Source of the DNA: Vulcanimicrobiota bacterium | GTDB taxonomy: Bacteria; Vulcanimicrobiota; Vulcanimicrobiia; Vulcanimicrobiales; Vulcanimicrobiaceae | Length of the DNA: 64,000 nt | Reading direction: 5' to 3' | NCBI GenBank assembly: GCA_963786105.1 | Contig: CAWAXX010000018.1 | Coordinates: 96,001 to 160,000, forward strand | In this document: positions 18,062-27,683 of the stretch, piece after piece | Position numbering within the stretch: the stretch's first letter is position 1 | Layout: every line of letters starts with the position of its first letter | Notes under the pieces: model-generated | Databases searched by the model: none | What the model saw: only the letters and a program-made list of their open reading frames with translations | Told to the model about the DNA's origin: nothing | Made by a program: the position numbers and the translations under genes

Positions 18062-18658
18062 TCAGACACGCCGGCGCAGGTCCGCCAGCAGTTCGGTCGC
18101 CGCCGCGCGCCGATGGCTGACCGCGTTCTTTTCGTCAGCGCGCAGTTCGGCAAACGTGCACTCCCGCGGCGGATAATAGAACAGCGGATCGTATCCGAAT
18201 CCGCCAGTACCTCGTTCGGCTTCGCTGACGCGGCCGTCTACGGTACCAAACGACGTCAGCTCCTCGCCGCCGGGCCCGATCAATGCCAGCGCCGAGACGA
18301 ATCGGGCGCCACGTCTCGATTCGGGGACGCCGCGCATCTCGTCAAGCAGCTGCGCTCGTCGTTGCGGCCACGACGCGCCGGTTCCGCCGTACCGGGCCGA
18401 ATACACGCCGGGACGGCCGTCGAGTGCGTCCACCTCGAGGCCGCTGTCGTCGCCGATTGCTGCGGCTTCAATTCCCGCGTCGCGGAGTTGCCGCGCCATG
18501 GCCCGCGCCTTGAACAACGCATTGCCGCGATACGAGCCGGCGTCCTCGACGACGTCGCCGTACGCATCGTATGCATGGAGCTCCAACGGCGAGCCATCGA
18601 AAATGGCCCTGAGCTCAGCGAACTTTCCCGCGTTCTTGGTGGCAACGTAAGCCTTCAT
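18062..18658 (-). CDS. rdgB: Non-canonical purine NTP pyrophosphatase (Ham1/RdgB)
   Basis: ATKNAGK, DDSGLEVDALDGRPGVYSAR, GFGYDP, KNAVSHR. Confidence 0.97.
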   Translation of the reverse strand: MKAYVATKNAGKFAELRAIFDGSPLELHAYDAYGDVVEDAGSYRGNALFKARAMARQLRDAGIEAAAIGDDSGLEVDALDGRPGVYSARYGGTGASWPQRRAQLLDEMRGVPESRRGARFVSALALIGPGGEELTSFGTVDGRVSEAERGTGGFGYDPLFYYPPRECTFAELRADEKNAVSHRRAAATELLADLRRRV

Positions 18659-18674
18659 CGCGTCGAACGGATCG

Positions 18675-20504
18675 CTAGTCTTGCAGACGCAGGACCGCCA
18701 TGAACGCCTCCTGCGGAAGCTCGACGCGGCCGACGCGTTTCATGCGCTCTTTCCCGACCTTTTGTTTCTCCAGCAGCTTGCGCTTGCGCGTGATGTCTCC
18801 CCCGTAGCATTTCGCCAGCACGTTCTTGCGAATCGCGCTCACGGTTTCTCGGGCGACGATCTTTCCGCCGATCGCGGCCTGAATCGGCACGTCGAACATC
18901 TGGCGTGGAATCAGCTCTTTGAGTCTCTCGGTCAACGCGCGCCCGCGTTGCGCGGCCTTGTCGCGGGACACGATGAACGAAAGCGCGTCGACGGGCTCGC
19001 CATTGAGTAAAATCTCCAGCTTGACAAGCTCGCCCTCGTGATAGCCGATCACGTCGTAGTCGAGCGACGCGTATCCCTTGGTGCGCGACTTCAGAATGTC
19101 GAAGAAATCCACGATGATCTCGATCAGCGGCATCTCGTAGGTCATGATGACGCGACCGTCGTGGAGATATTCCATATTCGCGAGCGTCCCACGGCGATTT
19201 TGCGTGATCTCCATGATCGCGCCGACGTACTCGGGCGGCGCGATGATCGTCGCCTTCACGTAGGGCTCCTCGATACTGCGAATCAGGTTCGGCGCCGGAA
19301 GCTTCGATGGATTATCGATCATCTCCACGGAGTCGTCGTTGCGTACAACCCGGAAGACCACCGACGGCGACGTCGCGATCAGATCGAGCGTGTAGTCGCG
19401 CTCCAAGCGCTCTTGTACGATCTCCATGTGCAGCAGACCCAGGAACCCGCATCGGAAACCGAAGCCGAGCGCCACCGAACTCTCCGGTTCGTACACCAGG
19501 GCGGCATCGTTAAGTTTTAATTTTTCGAGCGCGTCGCGAAGCTCCTCGTATTCGACGCCTTCGTTCGGATACAGCCCGCAGTACACCATCGGCACGGCTT
19601 TGCGATAGCCTACCAGTGCAACGTGGGCGGGATTGGCCTGAGACGTAATGGTATCCCCGACGTCGATTTCGCCGAGCGACCTGATGTTGCCGATCGCGTA
19701 GCCGACGCCGCCTAGTTCGAGTTTATCGGTCGGTCGCATTTCGGGCGCAAACACCCCCACCTCGGTGCACTCGTATACGCGCTGGTGCGCCATCGACATG
19801 AAACGTGTCCCGGCGGCCAGCTCGCCGTCGACGACCCGAACGTAGCTCACGACGCCGCGATACGGATCGAACTGCGCGTTGAACACTAGGGCGCGCAAAT
19901 GGTCGCGGTGCCCGGTCGGCGGTGGAATTCTCGTGACGATCGCTTCCAGGATCTCTTCGATGCCGACGCCGTTCTTGGCGCTGGCCAGGATGCATTCGCT
20001 CTTCTCCATCACGAGCAACTCTTCGATCTCGCCCATGACGCGCTGCGGATCGGCGGCCGGCAGGTCGATCTTGTTAATGACCGGGATGATGGTGAGATCG
20101 TGCTCCAGCGCGAGATGATAGTTTGCCAGCGTCTGAGCCTCGATGCCTTGGGCGGCATCGATGATCAGCAACGCGCCTTCGCACGCCGCCAGCGAGCGGG
20201 AGACTTCGTACGAGAAGTCGACGTGCCCCGGCGTGTCGATGAGATTGAGCTGGTAGGTCTCCCCGCTTCGCGCGGTATAGTTGAGCGTTACCGGATGCAT
20301 CCGGATGGTGATGCCGCGCTCGCGCTCGAGATCCATCGCATCGAGCTGTTGCTCGCCGAGGTTGCGCGACGCGATCGTTCGCGTGATCTCGAGCAGCCGG
20401 TCCGACAACGTCGTTTTGCCGTGGTCGATATGGGCGATGATGCAGAAGTTGCGTACGTTGCTCGAGGTCTCGAGTCGATGTGGATGACCCGGCCTCACCG
20501 GCAT
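18675..20504 (-). CDS. lepA: Elongation factor 4
   Basis: [41 protein letters not shown]. Confidence 0.99.
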   Translation of the reverse strand: MPVRPGHPHRLETSSNVRNFCIIAHIDHGKTTLSDRLLEITRTIASRNLGEQQLDAMDLERERGITIRMHPVTLNYTARSGETYQLNLIDTPGHVDFSYEVSRSLAACEGALLIIDAAQGIEAQTLANYHLALEHDLTIIPVINKIDLPAADPQRVMGEIEELLVMEKSECILASAKNGVGIEEILEAIVTRIPPPTGHRDHLRALVFNAQFDPYRGVVSYVRVVDGELAAGTRFMSMAHQRVYECTEVGVFAPEMRPTDKLELGGVGYAIGNIRSLGEIDVGDTITSQANPAHVALVGYRKAVPMVYCGLYPNEGVEYEELRDALEKLKLNDAALVYEPESSVALGFGFRCGFLGLLHMEIVQERLERDYTLDLIATSPSVVFRVVRNDDSVEMIDNPSKLPAPNLIRSIEEPYVKATIIAPPEYVGAIMEITQNRRGTLANMEYLHDGRVIMTYEMPLIEIIVDFFDILKSRTKGYASLDYDVIGYHEGELVKLEILLNGEPVDALSFIVSRDKAAQRGRALTERLKELIPRQMFDVPIQAAIGGKIVARETVSAIRKNVLAKCYGGDITRKRKLLEKQKVGKERMKRVGRVELPQEAFMAVLRLQD

Positions 20505-20523
20505 GGTCGCACCCGGCGCAGCC

Positions 20524-20811
20524 CTAGTAGAGACGAAAGCACGAGTTGACGATCGCCGAGCTTATCAACGGGCGAACGACGAACTGTAAGAGGAGGATCA
20601 CGATCAGGAAGGCCAGATCGAATCCCCCGAGCGGCGGAACGATGCGCCGGATGGGAACGAGCACCGGTTCGACGATCGCTGCCAAATAGTAGACCCAGCG
20701 TCCGCGCAAATCGGGTATCCACGAGATGACCGCGTACGCGAACAACACGACCGTATAGATGTTGACGATGACGCCGAGTATCTGCGTCAGGTTACAGAGG
20801 ATGCCGTTCAT
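20524..20811 (-). CDS. YggT-family membrane protein
   Basis: ISW.P...[20 protein letters not shown]. Confidence 0.93.
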   Translation of the reverse strand: MNGILCNLTQILGVIVNIYTVVLFAYAVISWIPDLRGRWVYYLAAIVEPVLVPIRRIVPPLGGFDLAFLIVILLLQFVVRPLISSAIVNSCFRLY

Positions 20812-20823
20812 CGACGATGCCTT

Positions 20824-21741
20824 CTAGGGCAACGTGGCTAAGACATTCGACGGAACGCCGTGCAGGAACGGCGATGGGTCGACCGGTTGACCTTCAAACA
20901 TGATTTGATAATGCAGGTGTGGTCCGGTTGCAAATCCAGTAGCTCCGACGGCGGCGATGGTCTCGCCTTTGTAGACGCGTTGTCCGACCGCGACGTCCGT
21001 GCGCGAAAGGTGAGCGTACCACGTGTGATAGCCGTTGCCGTGGTCGATGTCGACTTTGATACCGTACCCGCCGTCGTATCCGGTCGCGACGACCGTACCG
21101 GCTGCCGACGCGCGTACGGTTTCACCGAAGTCGGCGCCGAGGTCGACGCCTTCGTGAAACTCGGCGTCGGGGGAGCTACGGTAGCAGAAACAGCCGACGA
21201 CGGCCGCTCCGTCGACCGGATCGATCGACGGAATCGCCGCGATCTCGCGCGCACGCACGAGGGTTCGCAGATGCTGCATATTGAGCACGCGGAGTGCGAG
21301 CGTTTTCACGCCGTCCGATTCTCGCCGGGTGGCCGCGGAGGCAACGCTGAGGGCCCGCACGTGCTGCTCGACGATCTGTAACGGCGGTCCGGAACGCACC
21401 CACGACGTCTTCTGAACCGTCGCCGAATGCCCCGAGGGCGCGCCGATCAGCTGCCGGATCTCTTGATTCTGGCGTTGTACGCGCTGAAGTTCGCGGCGCA
21501 GCGCTTCGGTCTTGGCATCGATCGCGTCGAGCGTACTGCGTTGCCGTTCGGCTTGCGAGCGCAACGACGCAACTTGAGCGTGGGCCCGCAAACTCTGCAC
21601 GCTCGCAAAAAGTAGCGATCCAGCGACGATCGTGGCGATGGTGGCAAGAATCGCGGCAAAATACCGCTTGCGAACCCGGAAACGATGAACCTTGTCGCCC
21701 TTTTGCGGGACGATTTTTACGTAGTACCGGTCTCGGATCAT
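20824..21741 (-). CDS. M23-family metallopeptidase with TM segment and coiled coil
   Basis: HEGVD, YAHL, TGPHLHY. Confidence 0.93.
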   Translation of the reverse strand: MIRDRYYVKIVPQKGDKVHRFRVRKRYFAAILATIATIVAGSLLFASVQSLRAHAQVASLRSQAERQRSTLDAIDAKTEALRRELQRVQRQNQEIRQLIGAPSGHSATVQKTSWVRSGPPLQIVEQHVRALSVASAATRRESDGVKTLALRVLNMQHLRTLVRAREIAAIPSIDPVDGAAVVGCFCYRSSPDAEFHEGVDLGADFGETVRASAAGTVVATGYDGGYGIKVDIDHGNGYHTWYAHLSRTDVAVGQRVYKGETIAAVGATGFATGPHLHYQIMFEGQPVDPSPFLHGVPSNVLATLP

Positions 21742-22235
21742 AATTCTACAGTCGCTGCGCGGGCGCGTTCGATAGCTTGCAATTCTTCCTCGGATGCGTT
21801 CGCGGCCGGCTTGAAACGGCTAACGGCTTTCCCGTACGTCCGGGTGTCGGTCCGCGAGTAGATGCTCGATAGCAGGACGCCGTCCCCTTCGCGATTGAGC
21901 AGAGCCAACGCGTAGGACAGGTCGGAACCCGTATCGTCCAGTGCGTTGTACCTAACGAATCCAATCTTCGAAACGTCTCGCGCCGCCAACGCTTCCAGCT
22001 CGGCCACCCGGGCAGCAAGACGTTCGAAGGCCTCCCGACCGGCCGCTTGTCCGGTGGTCAATTCCTCCAGACGGTCGGCTGCTCCGGAGCCGCCGCCAAT
22101 CAACCCGTCGTGCACGGCTAGCAAGCTTCGTGCCTCGGCGAGGGCTGGGCGCACCACCATCAGGTGATAAGCCCCGAGCGCCACCAGCGCCCCGCCAAAT
22201 GCGGCGACGACGGCATAAACGATTGCAATCGGCAT
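21738..22235 (-). CDS. DUF4446-family protein
   Basis: KIGFVRYNA...GSDLSYALALLN..GDG.....IYSR....YGK...SEEE. Start moved to ATG 22235 because the ORF-track start lies inside the SRP RNA. Confidence 0.85.
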   Translation of the reverse strand: MPIAIVYAVVAAFGGALVALGAYHLMVVRPALAEARSLLAVHDGLIGGGSGAADRLEELTTGQAAGREAFERLAARVAELEALAARDVSKIGFVRYNALDDTGSDLSYALALLNREGDGVLLSSIYSRTDTRTYGKAVSRFKPAANASEEELQAIERARAATVEL

Positions 22236-22245
22236 ATAAATAGAT

Positions 22246-22363
22246 ACCACGACGAGAGTCAGGTGGATCACGGCACCCGTAAGGGCTCGCTTACCGTTGC
22301 TTCCTTCCGGACCTGGCGGGGTTCACGGGGTTACGCCGCGTGAAGCCCAACCCCCATCATGGC
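22246..22363 (-). ncRNA. ffs: Signal recognition particle RNA (small bacterial type, 4.5S)
   Basis: Helix-8 motif GCCAGGTCCGGAAGGAAGCAACGG. Ends GCCATGATGGGGGTTGGG and CCTGACTCTCGTCGTGGT pair fully with G-U pairs. Extended -10 TGATATCAT at 22370-22378. Confidence 0.95.
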
Positions 22364-22455
22364 TCCGCCATGATATCACAGCGCACCGGCGGGGCCTTCC
22401 CGGGAAGTCGCATTCGAGGCAGCCAAGCCACCGCCATGGTTCGAGGATTCCCATA

Positions 22456-22947
22456 ATGGTTGCGACCCTGGTCGCCGTGGCGACCGCCCTAATGGCGCTT
22501 CACAGCGGCGACTTCGCCGCCGGCGGCACGATCCCGAGCGCGCTCATGGCGGCCGACTGCGGCGGCCAGAACCGCCCCCCCGCCCTCGAATGGAAGAATG
22601 CCCCGGCTTCCACCAAGTCTTTCGCGTTGACCGAACGCGACCCCGACGCGCCGATTGCCGGCGGCTTCTATCATTGGGTCGTCTACGACGTGCCGCCAGG
22701 CACCAGTTCGCTGAGCCGTGCGCCGTATGGATCGAATCGCTTGGGACGAGCCTCGACCGGCAAGCCGGAATACTACGGACCCTGCCCGCCGCCCGGACCC
22801 GCGCATCACTACATCTTTACGTTGTACGCCCTCGACGTGGCGAGCCTCGACGGCGGCACGCCGCTAACCGGACCGCAACTCGAATCGCGCGTGCGCGCGC
22901 ACGTTATCGCCCGCGCCACACTCGAGGCGACCGCCGCTCGTCCGTAG
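22456..22947 (+). CDS. YbhB/YbcL (PEBP/Raf-kinase-inhibitor-like) protein
   Basis: DPDAP, HWVVYD, YYGPCPPPG..HHY.F.LYALD. Confidence 0.93.
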   Translation: MVATLVAVATALMALHSGDFAAGGTIPSALMAADCGGQNRPPALEWKNAPASTKSFALTERDPDAPIAGGFYHWVVYDVPPGTSSLSRAPYGSNRLGRASTGKPEYYGPCPPPGPAHHYIFTLYALDVASLDGGTPLTGPQLESRVRAHVIARATLEATAARP

Positions 22948-22951
22948 CCGC

Positions 22952-23944
22952 TTACGATCCTTGTGTGAAGGCCGCCGGAATCTCGAATAGCGACGCGGCG
23001 TCGGCGCCGCCCAACCACTTCACGTTTCCGCGCTCGACGAACATGCCCGCTCCGTTCTTTGGGCCTGCGGCCGTCGACATCCCGGAGAACATCACCAGAG
23101 CGTCGCCGCTGCCCACACCGATTCCCATCGTATCGAGGTTGAAGTCGCCGCTTTGCGCGCCCGCAATCGCCGGCTTGCAACCGCCCTGCACGGCTCCGGC
23201 CGCTTCCAGCGGATTCATCCCGTGCGGCAATGGACAGAAGCGGTGCGGAACGTTGACATTCGAAACGTACTGCGTCACGTTCATATTGAAATCCCCATTC
23301 CGGCACGAACCGGTGGCGTTGGACATTTTGACGTCCACGCTGCGATCCCATCCGGTGGTCGCCACGCCGTCGATCGTCATCGGACCGAGGTTTTTGCTGG
23401 TTGCGGTCGTGGTGAGATCGACCGTTCCCGGCGCCTCCCGCGACGCTTGCATGGGCGCGCCCATCGGTTGCATCGGTGTCGAACACGCGGCTTGCGCCGT
23501 AATCGTCGCGTACGTCTTATTGGCGAGATCCAATTTGACGTACTGATGCTGGTCGCACTTTTCAATCGTGGCCGTTCGCGCGACCGGATCGTCGCGGCGA
23601 ATCCAGCCGCGGTAAAAGGTGTATCTCACAAGGTGCAGCGCAAACGCCATCTGCTGCATCTGTTCCGCATACGCGCGCGCTGCCGCGGGGTTCAGCATCG
23701 TTCCGAAGTTAAAGCTGGGAGCCTTCGGCGCCGGCGTCGCCGCAGCGGCCAACTGATAGTCGACGGCGAACGTGCCGGGTGCCGGCGGGGTTGCCGGGGG
23801 AAAGACCATCCGGGTGATTTCGTCGTACTGTAGTGCGGCGGGCGTCGGCGTCGCGGCGACGGCCGCTCCCGAGCCCGCCTGGAAAGCCGGTGTGAGAAAA
23901 GCGGCGACTGCAAGCGCCGCAAAAGCTGCGAGCGTCCACTTCAT
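22952..23944 (-). CDS. Hypothetical secreted protein
   Basis: Signal peptide; DLANKTY and C-terminal SLFEIPAAF motifs recall LolA-like/DUF4412-type folds. Confidence 0.7.
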   Translation of the reverse strand: MKWTLAAFAALAVAAFLTPAFQAGSGAAVAATPTPAALQYDEITRMVFPPATPPAPGTFAVDYQLAAAATPAPKAPSFNFGTMLNPAAARAYAEQMQQMAFALHLVRYTFYRGWIRRDDPVARTATIEKCDQHQYVKLDLANKTYATITAQAACSTPMQPMGAPMQASREAPGTVDLTTTATSKNLGPMTIDGVATTGWDRSVDVKMSNATGSCRNGDFNMNVTQYVSNVNVPHRFCPLPHGMNPLEAAGAVQGGCKPAIAGAQSGDFNLDTMGIGVGSGDALVMFSGMSTAAGPKNGAGMFVERGNVKWLGGADAASLFEIPAAFTQGS

Positions 23945-23988
23945 GGGTACCGGAGTGCGCCATAAAGGCGTCGAAGGCCTGGCGCGCG

Positions 23989-24213
23989 ATGCAAAACGTA
24001 ACGATCAAGGTCCGCGAAAATGGGCCGTACCTGGTGAAGGGTCCGGTGACGTTGACCGATGCCGACGGCAATGCGTACGTCGTCGAAACGGTCGACATCG
24101 CGTTGTGCCGTTGCGGCGGATCGCAAACCAAGCCGTTTTGCGACGGATCGCACAAATCCAACGGTTTCACCGCGACGCAGCGGGCAACCGCAGCCGCGAC
24201 GGAGGCTCTCTAA
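23989..24213 (+). CDS. CDGSH iron-sulfur domain protein
   Basis: NGPYLV, LCRCGGSQTKPFCDGSH. Confidence 0.95.
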   Translation: MQNVTIKVRENGPYLVKGPVTLTDADGNAYVVETVDIALCRCGGSQTKPFCDGSHKSNGFTATQRATAAATEAL

Positions 24214-25382
24214 TGCCCTCGTACGTTCGAGCCGGCTCGCTTCCGCATAAGCGGCACATTCAATTCCGCCGTCCCGATGGCGGTCTTTATGCCGAAGAGC
24301 TCTTGTCGACCAAGGGCTTCGAAAGCGTGTATTCGTTGCTCTACCACGAGCGGCCGCCGACGGCGACGCTCGACGTTCTGCCGTGGAAGCGCCCGGCGGT
24401 GCGATTCGTCGACAACGAACCGCTGCGCAACCGCCATTTCAAAACCGTTGCCTTGCCGCCGGCCGGGTTCGACGCCATCGATTCGCGCACTCCGCTGCTT
24501 GGCAACGCCGACATTACGGTTTCGATAGCGCAGGCCGACCGCCCGATGGAATACTTCTACCGAAACGCCGGCGGGGACGAACTCCTTTTCGTGCACCACG
24601 GCGCCGGCGTGCTCGAGACGCAGTTCGGCGAGCTTGCATATCGAGAACGCGACTACCTGATCGTGCCGACCGGCACGGTCTACCGATTGATTCCGTCGAT
24701 TCCGACGCGCCTGCTGGTTCACGAATCCGCGGGCAGCGTCAAGATTCCGCGCCGGTATCGCAACGAATCCGGCCAGCTCGAAGAACACGCGCCCTACTAC
24801 GAGCGCGATTTTCGTACGCCGGTTCTAAAAGCGCCGAACAACGAGCAGGGCGAATACGAGATCCGCGTTGCCAACGGCGGACGCTACGCGGTGTACGTGG
24901 TGCAAAATCATCCGTGCGACGTCATCGGCTGGGACGGCTACTGCTATCCCTATGCGTTCAACGTCGACGAGTTTGCGCCAATCACCGGCAAGTTGCATCA
25001 GCCTCCTCCCGCGCACGCGACGTTCGAGGCTCCCGGAGCCGCTTTCTGCGCGTTCGTACCGCGGCTATTCGACTACCATCCGCTGGCGATACCGGTTCCG
25101 TACAACCATTCCAGCGTCGATTGCGACGAAGTGATCTACTACGTCAGCGGTAATTTCATGAGCCGTCGCGGCGTCGAGGAAGGTTCGGTGACGCTACACG
25201 CCGCCGGAGCGCCGCACGGCCCGCAACCGGGCGCGGTCGAGGCGAGCCTCGGGAAAACGTCGACCGACGAAATCGCCATCATGGTCGATACGTTCCGCCC
25301 GCTTATGCTCGGCGAAGCGGCGTTGAACTGCGAAGATCCCCAGTACTTCCGCTCGTGGATCGAAGCGCCGGTATCACCCTGA
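24213..25382 (+). CDS. hmgA: Homogentisate 1,2-dioxygenase
   Basis: PHKRH, GDELLFVHHG, DVIGWDG, HQPPP, PYNHSSVDCDE, TLH..G.PHGPQPG. TAATG overlap with the CDGSH gene. Confidence 0.95.
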   Translation: MPSYVRAGSLPHKRHIQFRRPDGGLYAEELLSTKGFESVYSLLYHERPPTATLDVLPWKRPAVRFVDNEPLRNRHFKTVALPPAGFDAIDSRTPLLGNADITVSIAQADRPMEYFYRNAGGDELLFVHHGAGVLETQFGELAYRERDYLIVPTGTVYRLIPSIPTRLLVHESAGSVKIPRRYRNESGQLEEHAPYYERDFRTPVLKAPNNEQGEYEIRVANGGRYAVYVVQNHPCDVIGWDGYCYPYAFNVDEFAPITGKLHQPPPAHATFEAPGAAFCAFVPRLFDYHPLAIPVPYNHSSVDCDEVIYYVSGNFMSRRGVEEGSVTLHAAGAPHGPQPGAVEASLGKTSTDEIAIMVDTFRPLMLGEAALNCEDPQYFRSWIEAPVSP

Positions 25383-26666
25383 CTGGATCCGGCCGCGCGC
25401 CGCGCCGAAGCCGATGCGGCGGGCGTCGCGCTTCTCGCACCAGCCCCGCAGCGTAACCTCGTCGCCGTCGGCCAGGAACGTCCGTTGTTCGCCATCCGGT
25501 AGGCCGATGGGACGCTCTCCGCGCCACGTCAACTCGATCAGGCTGCCGCAGCTCTCGGGCGTCGGACCCGAGATCGTTCCCGATGCAAATAGGTCGCCGG
25601 CCCGCGTGGGCGCTCCGTTCGCCGTGGCGTGCGCGAGTTGCTGCGCGACGTTCCAATACATCCGGCTGAAGCTCGTCCGCGAAATCACTTGGGGGTCGCA
25701 CCCGGCCTCGCGCATGCGTTGGGTCTCCAACTCGACGGAAAGGCGAATGTCGTAACTGCTCGGATCGGCGACCCGAAGATACTCCAGTGGCGACGGATCC
25801 TGTCGCGGACCGGAAACACGAAATGGCTCAAGCGCGTCGAGCGTCACCACCCATGGAGAAATCGTGGTGGCGAACGATTTACCTAGGAACGGCCCAAGCG
25901 GCTGATACTCCCAGGCTTGAATGTCGCGCGCGCTCCAATCGTTGACCAGTACGAATCCGGCGATGTGCGCCAGCGCTTCGCCGGCCGGAATGGGCAGCCC
26001 GAGCGTATTTCCGCGGCCCGTGATGAAGCCGACCTCGAGTTCGATGTCCAACATGGCGGTGGGGCCGAACGTGGGTGCCGGCGCGCCGGGCGGTTTGCGC
26101 TGACCCTTTGGACGCACGACCGGTGTGCCGTCTACGACGATCGAGCCGGAGCGCCCGTGGTAACCGATCGGCATCCAGCGCCAATTGGGTAACAGCGGTT
26201 CGCCATCGGGACGAAAGAGACGTCCCAAGTTGGTCGCGTGTTCCAGTGACGAATAGAAATCGACGTAGTCCCCGATTTGAACGGGAAGCAACATGCGGGC
26301 GTCGCGTCGATGCACGAAAAAGAAATCGGCATTAGCCAAACGCAGCGCGGGATTGCCGTCGCGCCGCAGGAGCGACGAGACTCGCTCGCGCAGCGCGTGC
26401 ATCGGTTCCGGGCCTGCTGCGAACAACTTATTGAGGAGCGGCCGGACCAGCAAGCGGCGATCGCAGGCGCCGTCAACGAGACCGCTCTCTGCGACGACCC
26501 GCAAGTCCAGAATGCGTTCGCCAATCGCCATCCCGATGCGGCCTTCGGCGCTGCCCGCGCGCGCGAACACGCCCAGCGGCAAGTTTTGAATCGGGAAATC
26601 GCTCTCCGGTGAAACCTCGAGCCAGGATTCGAGTGCGGCGGCAGTCGTGTCCCCGGGTGCGATCAT
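25374..26666 (-). CDS. fahA: Fumarylacetoacetase
   Basis: DFPIQNLP, GDYVDFYSS..HATN, YHGRSGS, NDWSARDIQAWEYQPLGPF, GSLIEL. Confidence 0.96.
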   Translation of the reverse strand: MIAPGDTTAAALESWLEVSPESDFPIQNLPLGVFARAGSAEGRIGMAIGERILDLRVVAESGLVDGACDRRLLVRPLLNKLFAAGPEPMHALRERVSSLLRRDGNPALRLANADFFFVHRRDARMLLPVQIGDYVDFYSSLEHATNLGRLFRPDGEPLLPNWRWMPIGYHGRSGSIVVDGTPVVRPKGQRKPPGAPAPTFGPTAMLDIELEVGFITGRGNTLGLPIPAGEALAHIAGFVLVNDWSARDIQAWEYQPLGPFLGKSFATTISPWVVTLDALEPFRVSGPRQDPSPLEYLRVADPSSYDIRLSVELETQRMREAGCDPQVISRTSFSRMYWNVAQQLAHATANGAPTRAGDLFASGTISGPTPESCGSLIELTWRGERPIGLPDGEQRTFLADGDEVTLRGWCEKRDARRIGFGAARGRIQSG

Positions 26667-27619
26667 GCTGCGGCGGCCGGAAGGATGCCGAGCGCGGTCA
26701 GGTCGTCGACCGGCTCCGTGAAGCTGCAGCTTCCATAGCCGGCAAATGCCGTTTCGCGCATGCGCGCAACGTCGTCGCGGCCGGCGCGTTGGTCGCGCCA
26801 TCGCAGCGACGAATCCTCGAAGCCGAACGCGCTCGAATCTTCCTCTGCGACGATCCGGATTAGTCGCTCGGCGTCGACGCGCGGCGCAAACGTCGCCGCG
26901 GCCAAAAGATTGAGAAACCCGTGCATAACGAATCCCGTCGCTGGGTCGCGATGCCGGAGCGGATGGTGCAGCCCCGCCGTCGCCTTGTACCCAACCCTCT
27001 CGACCGCGGCCGCCGCGGAGAACGCCGCGACGTCGTCAACCGATGGAAAGGCTTCCGCGACGACGCCGCCGCACCGGATCTTGGCGCTCAGGCGCGTGCG
27101 CGCGAGCGCGGCCATCGCTCCCGCCAACAACTCACGCCATCGCGTACCCCGCGGTAACTCGACGTAGGCCGGCAAATCGCGCAAGCCCACGCGATCGAGC
27201 AACGCGCGCAGCTGTCCGATCGGGGCGTCGAACGTTTCCCGAGCGCTGAGCGGTGCCGGAAGCGGAATCTCGAGGGCCTCGACCCGGACGTGCGATTCCC
27301 GTTCTTTCAAACCAGCGACCTCGGCCAACGCGCTCTGCAAAGATGCGAACCACAGCCGTGGATCGGGCGAACCATCAACGATAAGCGAGACCGGCAGCGG
27401 TTCCGCCCGCGGCCGCGCCGCCCACGCCTGGGCGGTTTCCGAAATGCGCGTCGCCGGTACGATGAATCGTCCAAGTATCCAGGCGGCGGCTCCTTGCCGC
27501 GCCGCCGCATACTCCGCGATCGCGTCTTCCATGGGAAGTTTTGCGGGTGGAAACAAGCCGGCATAGTCGATCAGCCGGCCAAATGCCGTCCGAGCGGTGG
27601 GCGCGATCGATGCGTTCAT
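26663..27619 (-). CDS. Conserved hypothetical protein coupled to fahA
   Basis: Motifs LIDYAGLFPP, KIRCGG, KATAGLHHP, HGFLNL, GSCSFTEP. ATGA overlap with fahA. Confidence 0.8.
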   Translation of the reverse strand: MNASIAPTARTAFGRLIDYAGLFPPAKLPMEDAIAEYAAARQGAAAWILGRFIVPATRISETAQAWAARPRAEPLPVSLIVDGSPDPRLWFASLQSALAEVAGLKERESHVRVEALEIPLPAPLSARETFDAPIGQLRALLDRVGLRDLPAYVELPRGTRWRELLAGAMAALARTRLSAKIRCGGVVAEAFPSVDDVAAFSAAAAVERVGYKATAGLHHPLRHRDPATGFVMHGFLNLLAAATFAPRVDAERLIRIVAEEDSSAFGFEDSSLRWRDQRAGRDDVARMRETAFAGYGSCSFTEPVDDLTALGILPAAAA

Positions 27620-27683
27620 GCGTGCCGGACTTCTTCGCTCATGCGAACAGGGGCGCCTCGGGCGCTTCGCCAAGGCCCTCGGC

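Noticed and set aside
22364..22440. Alu domain of a large-type SRP RNA
   Set aside because: The terminal helix closes at 22363/22246 and an extended -10 lies directly upstream, which fits the small type.
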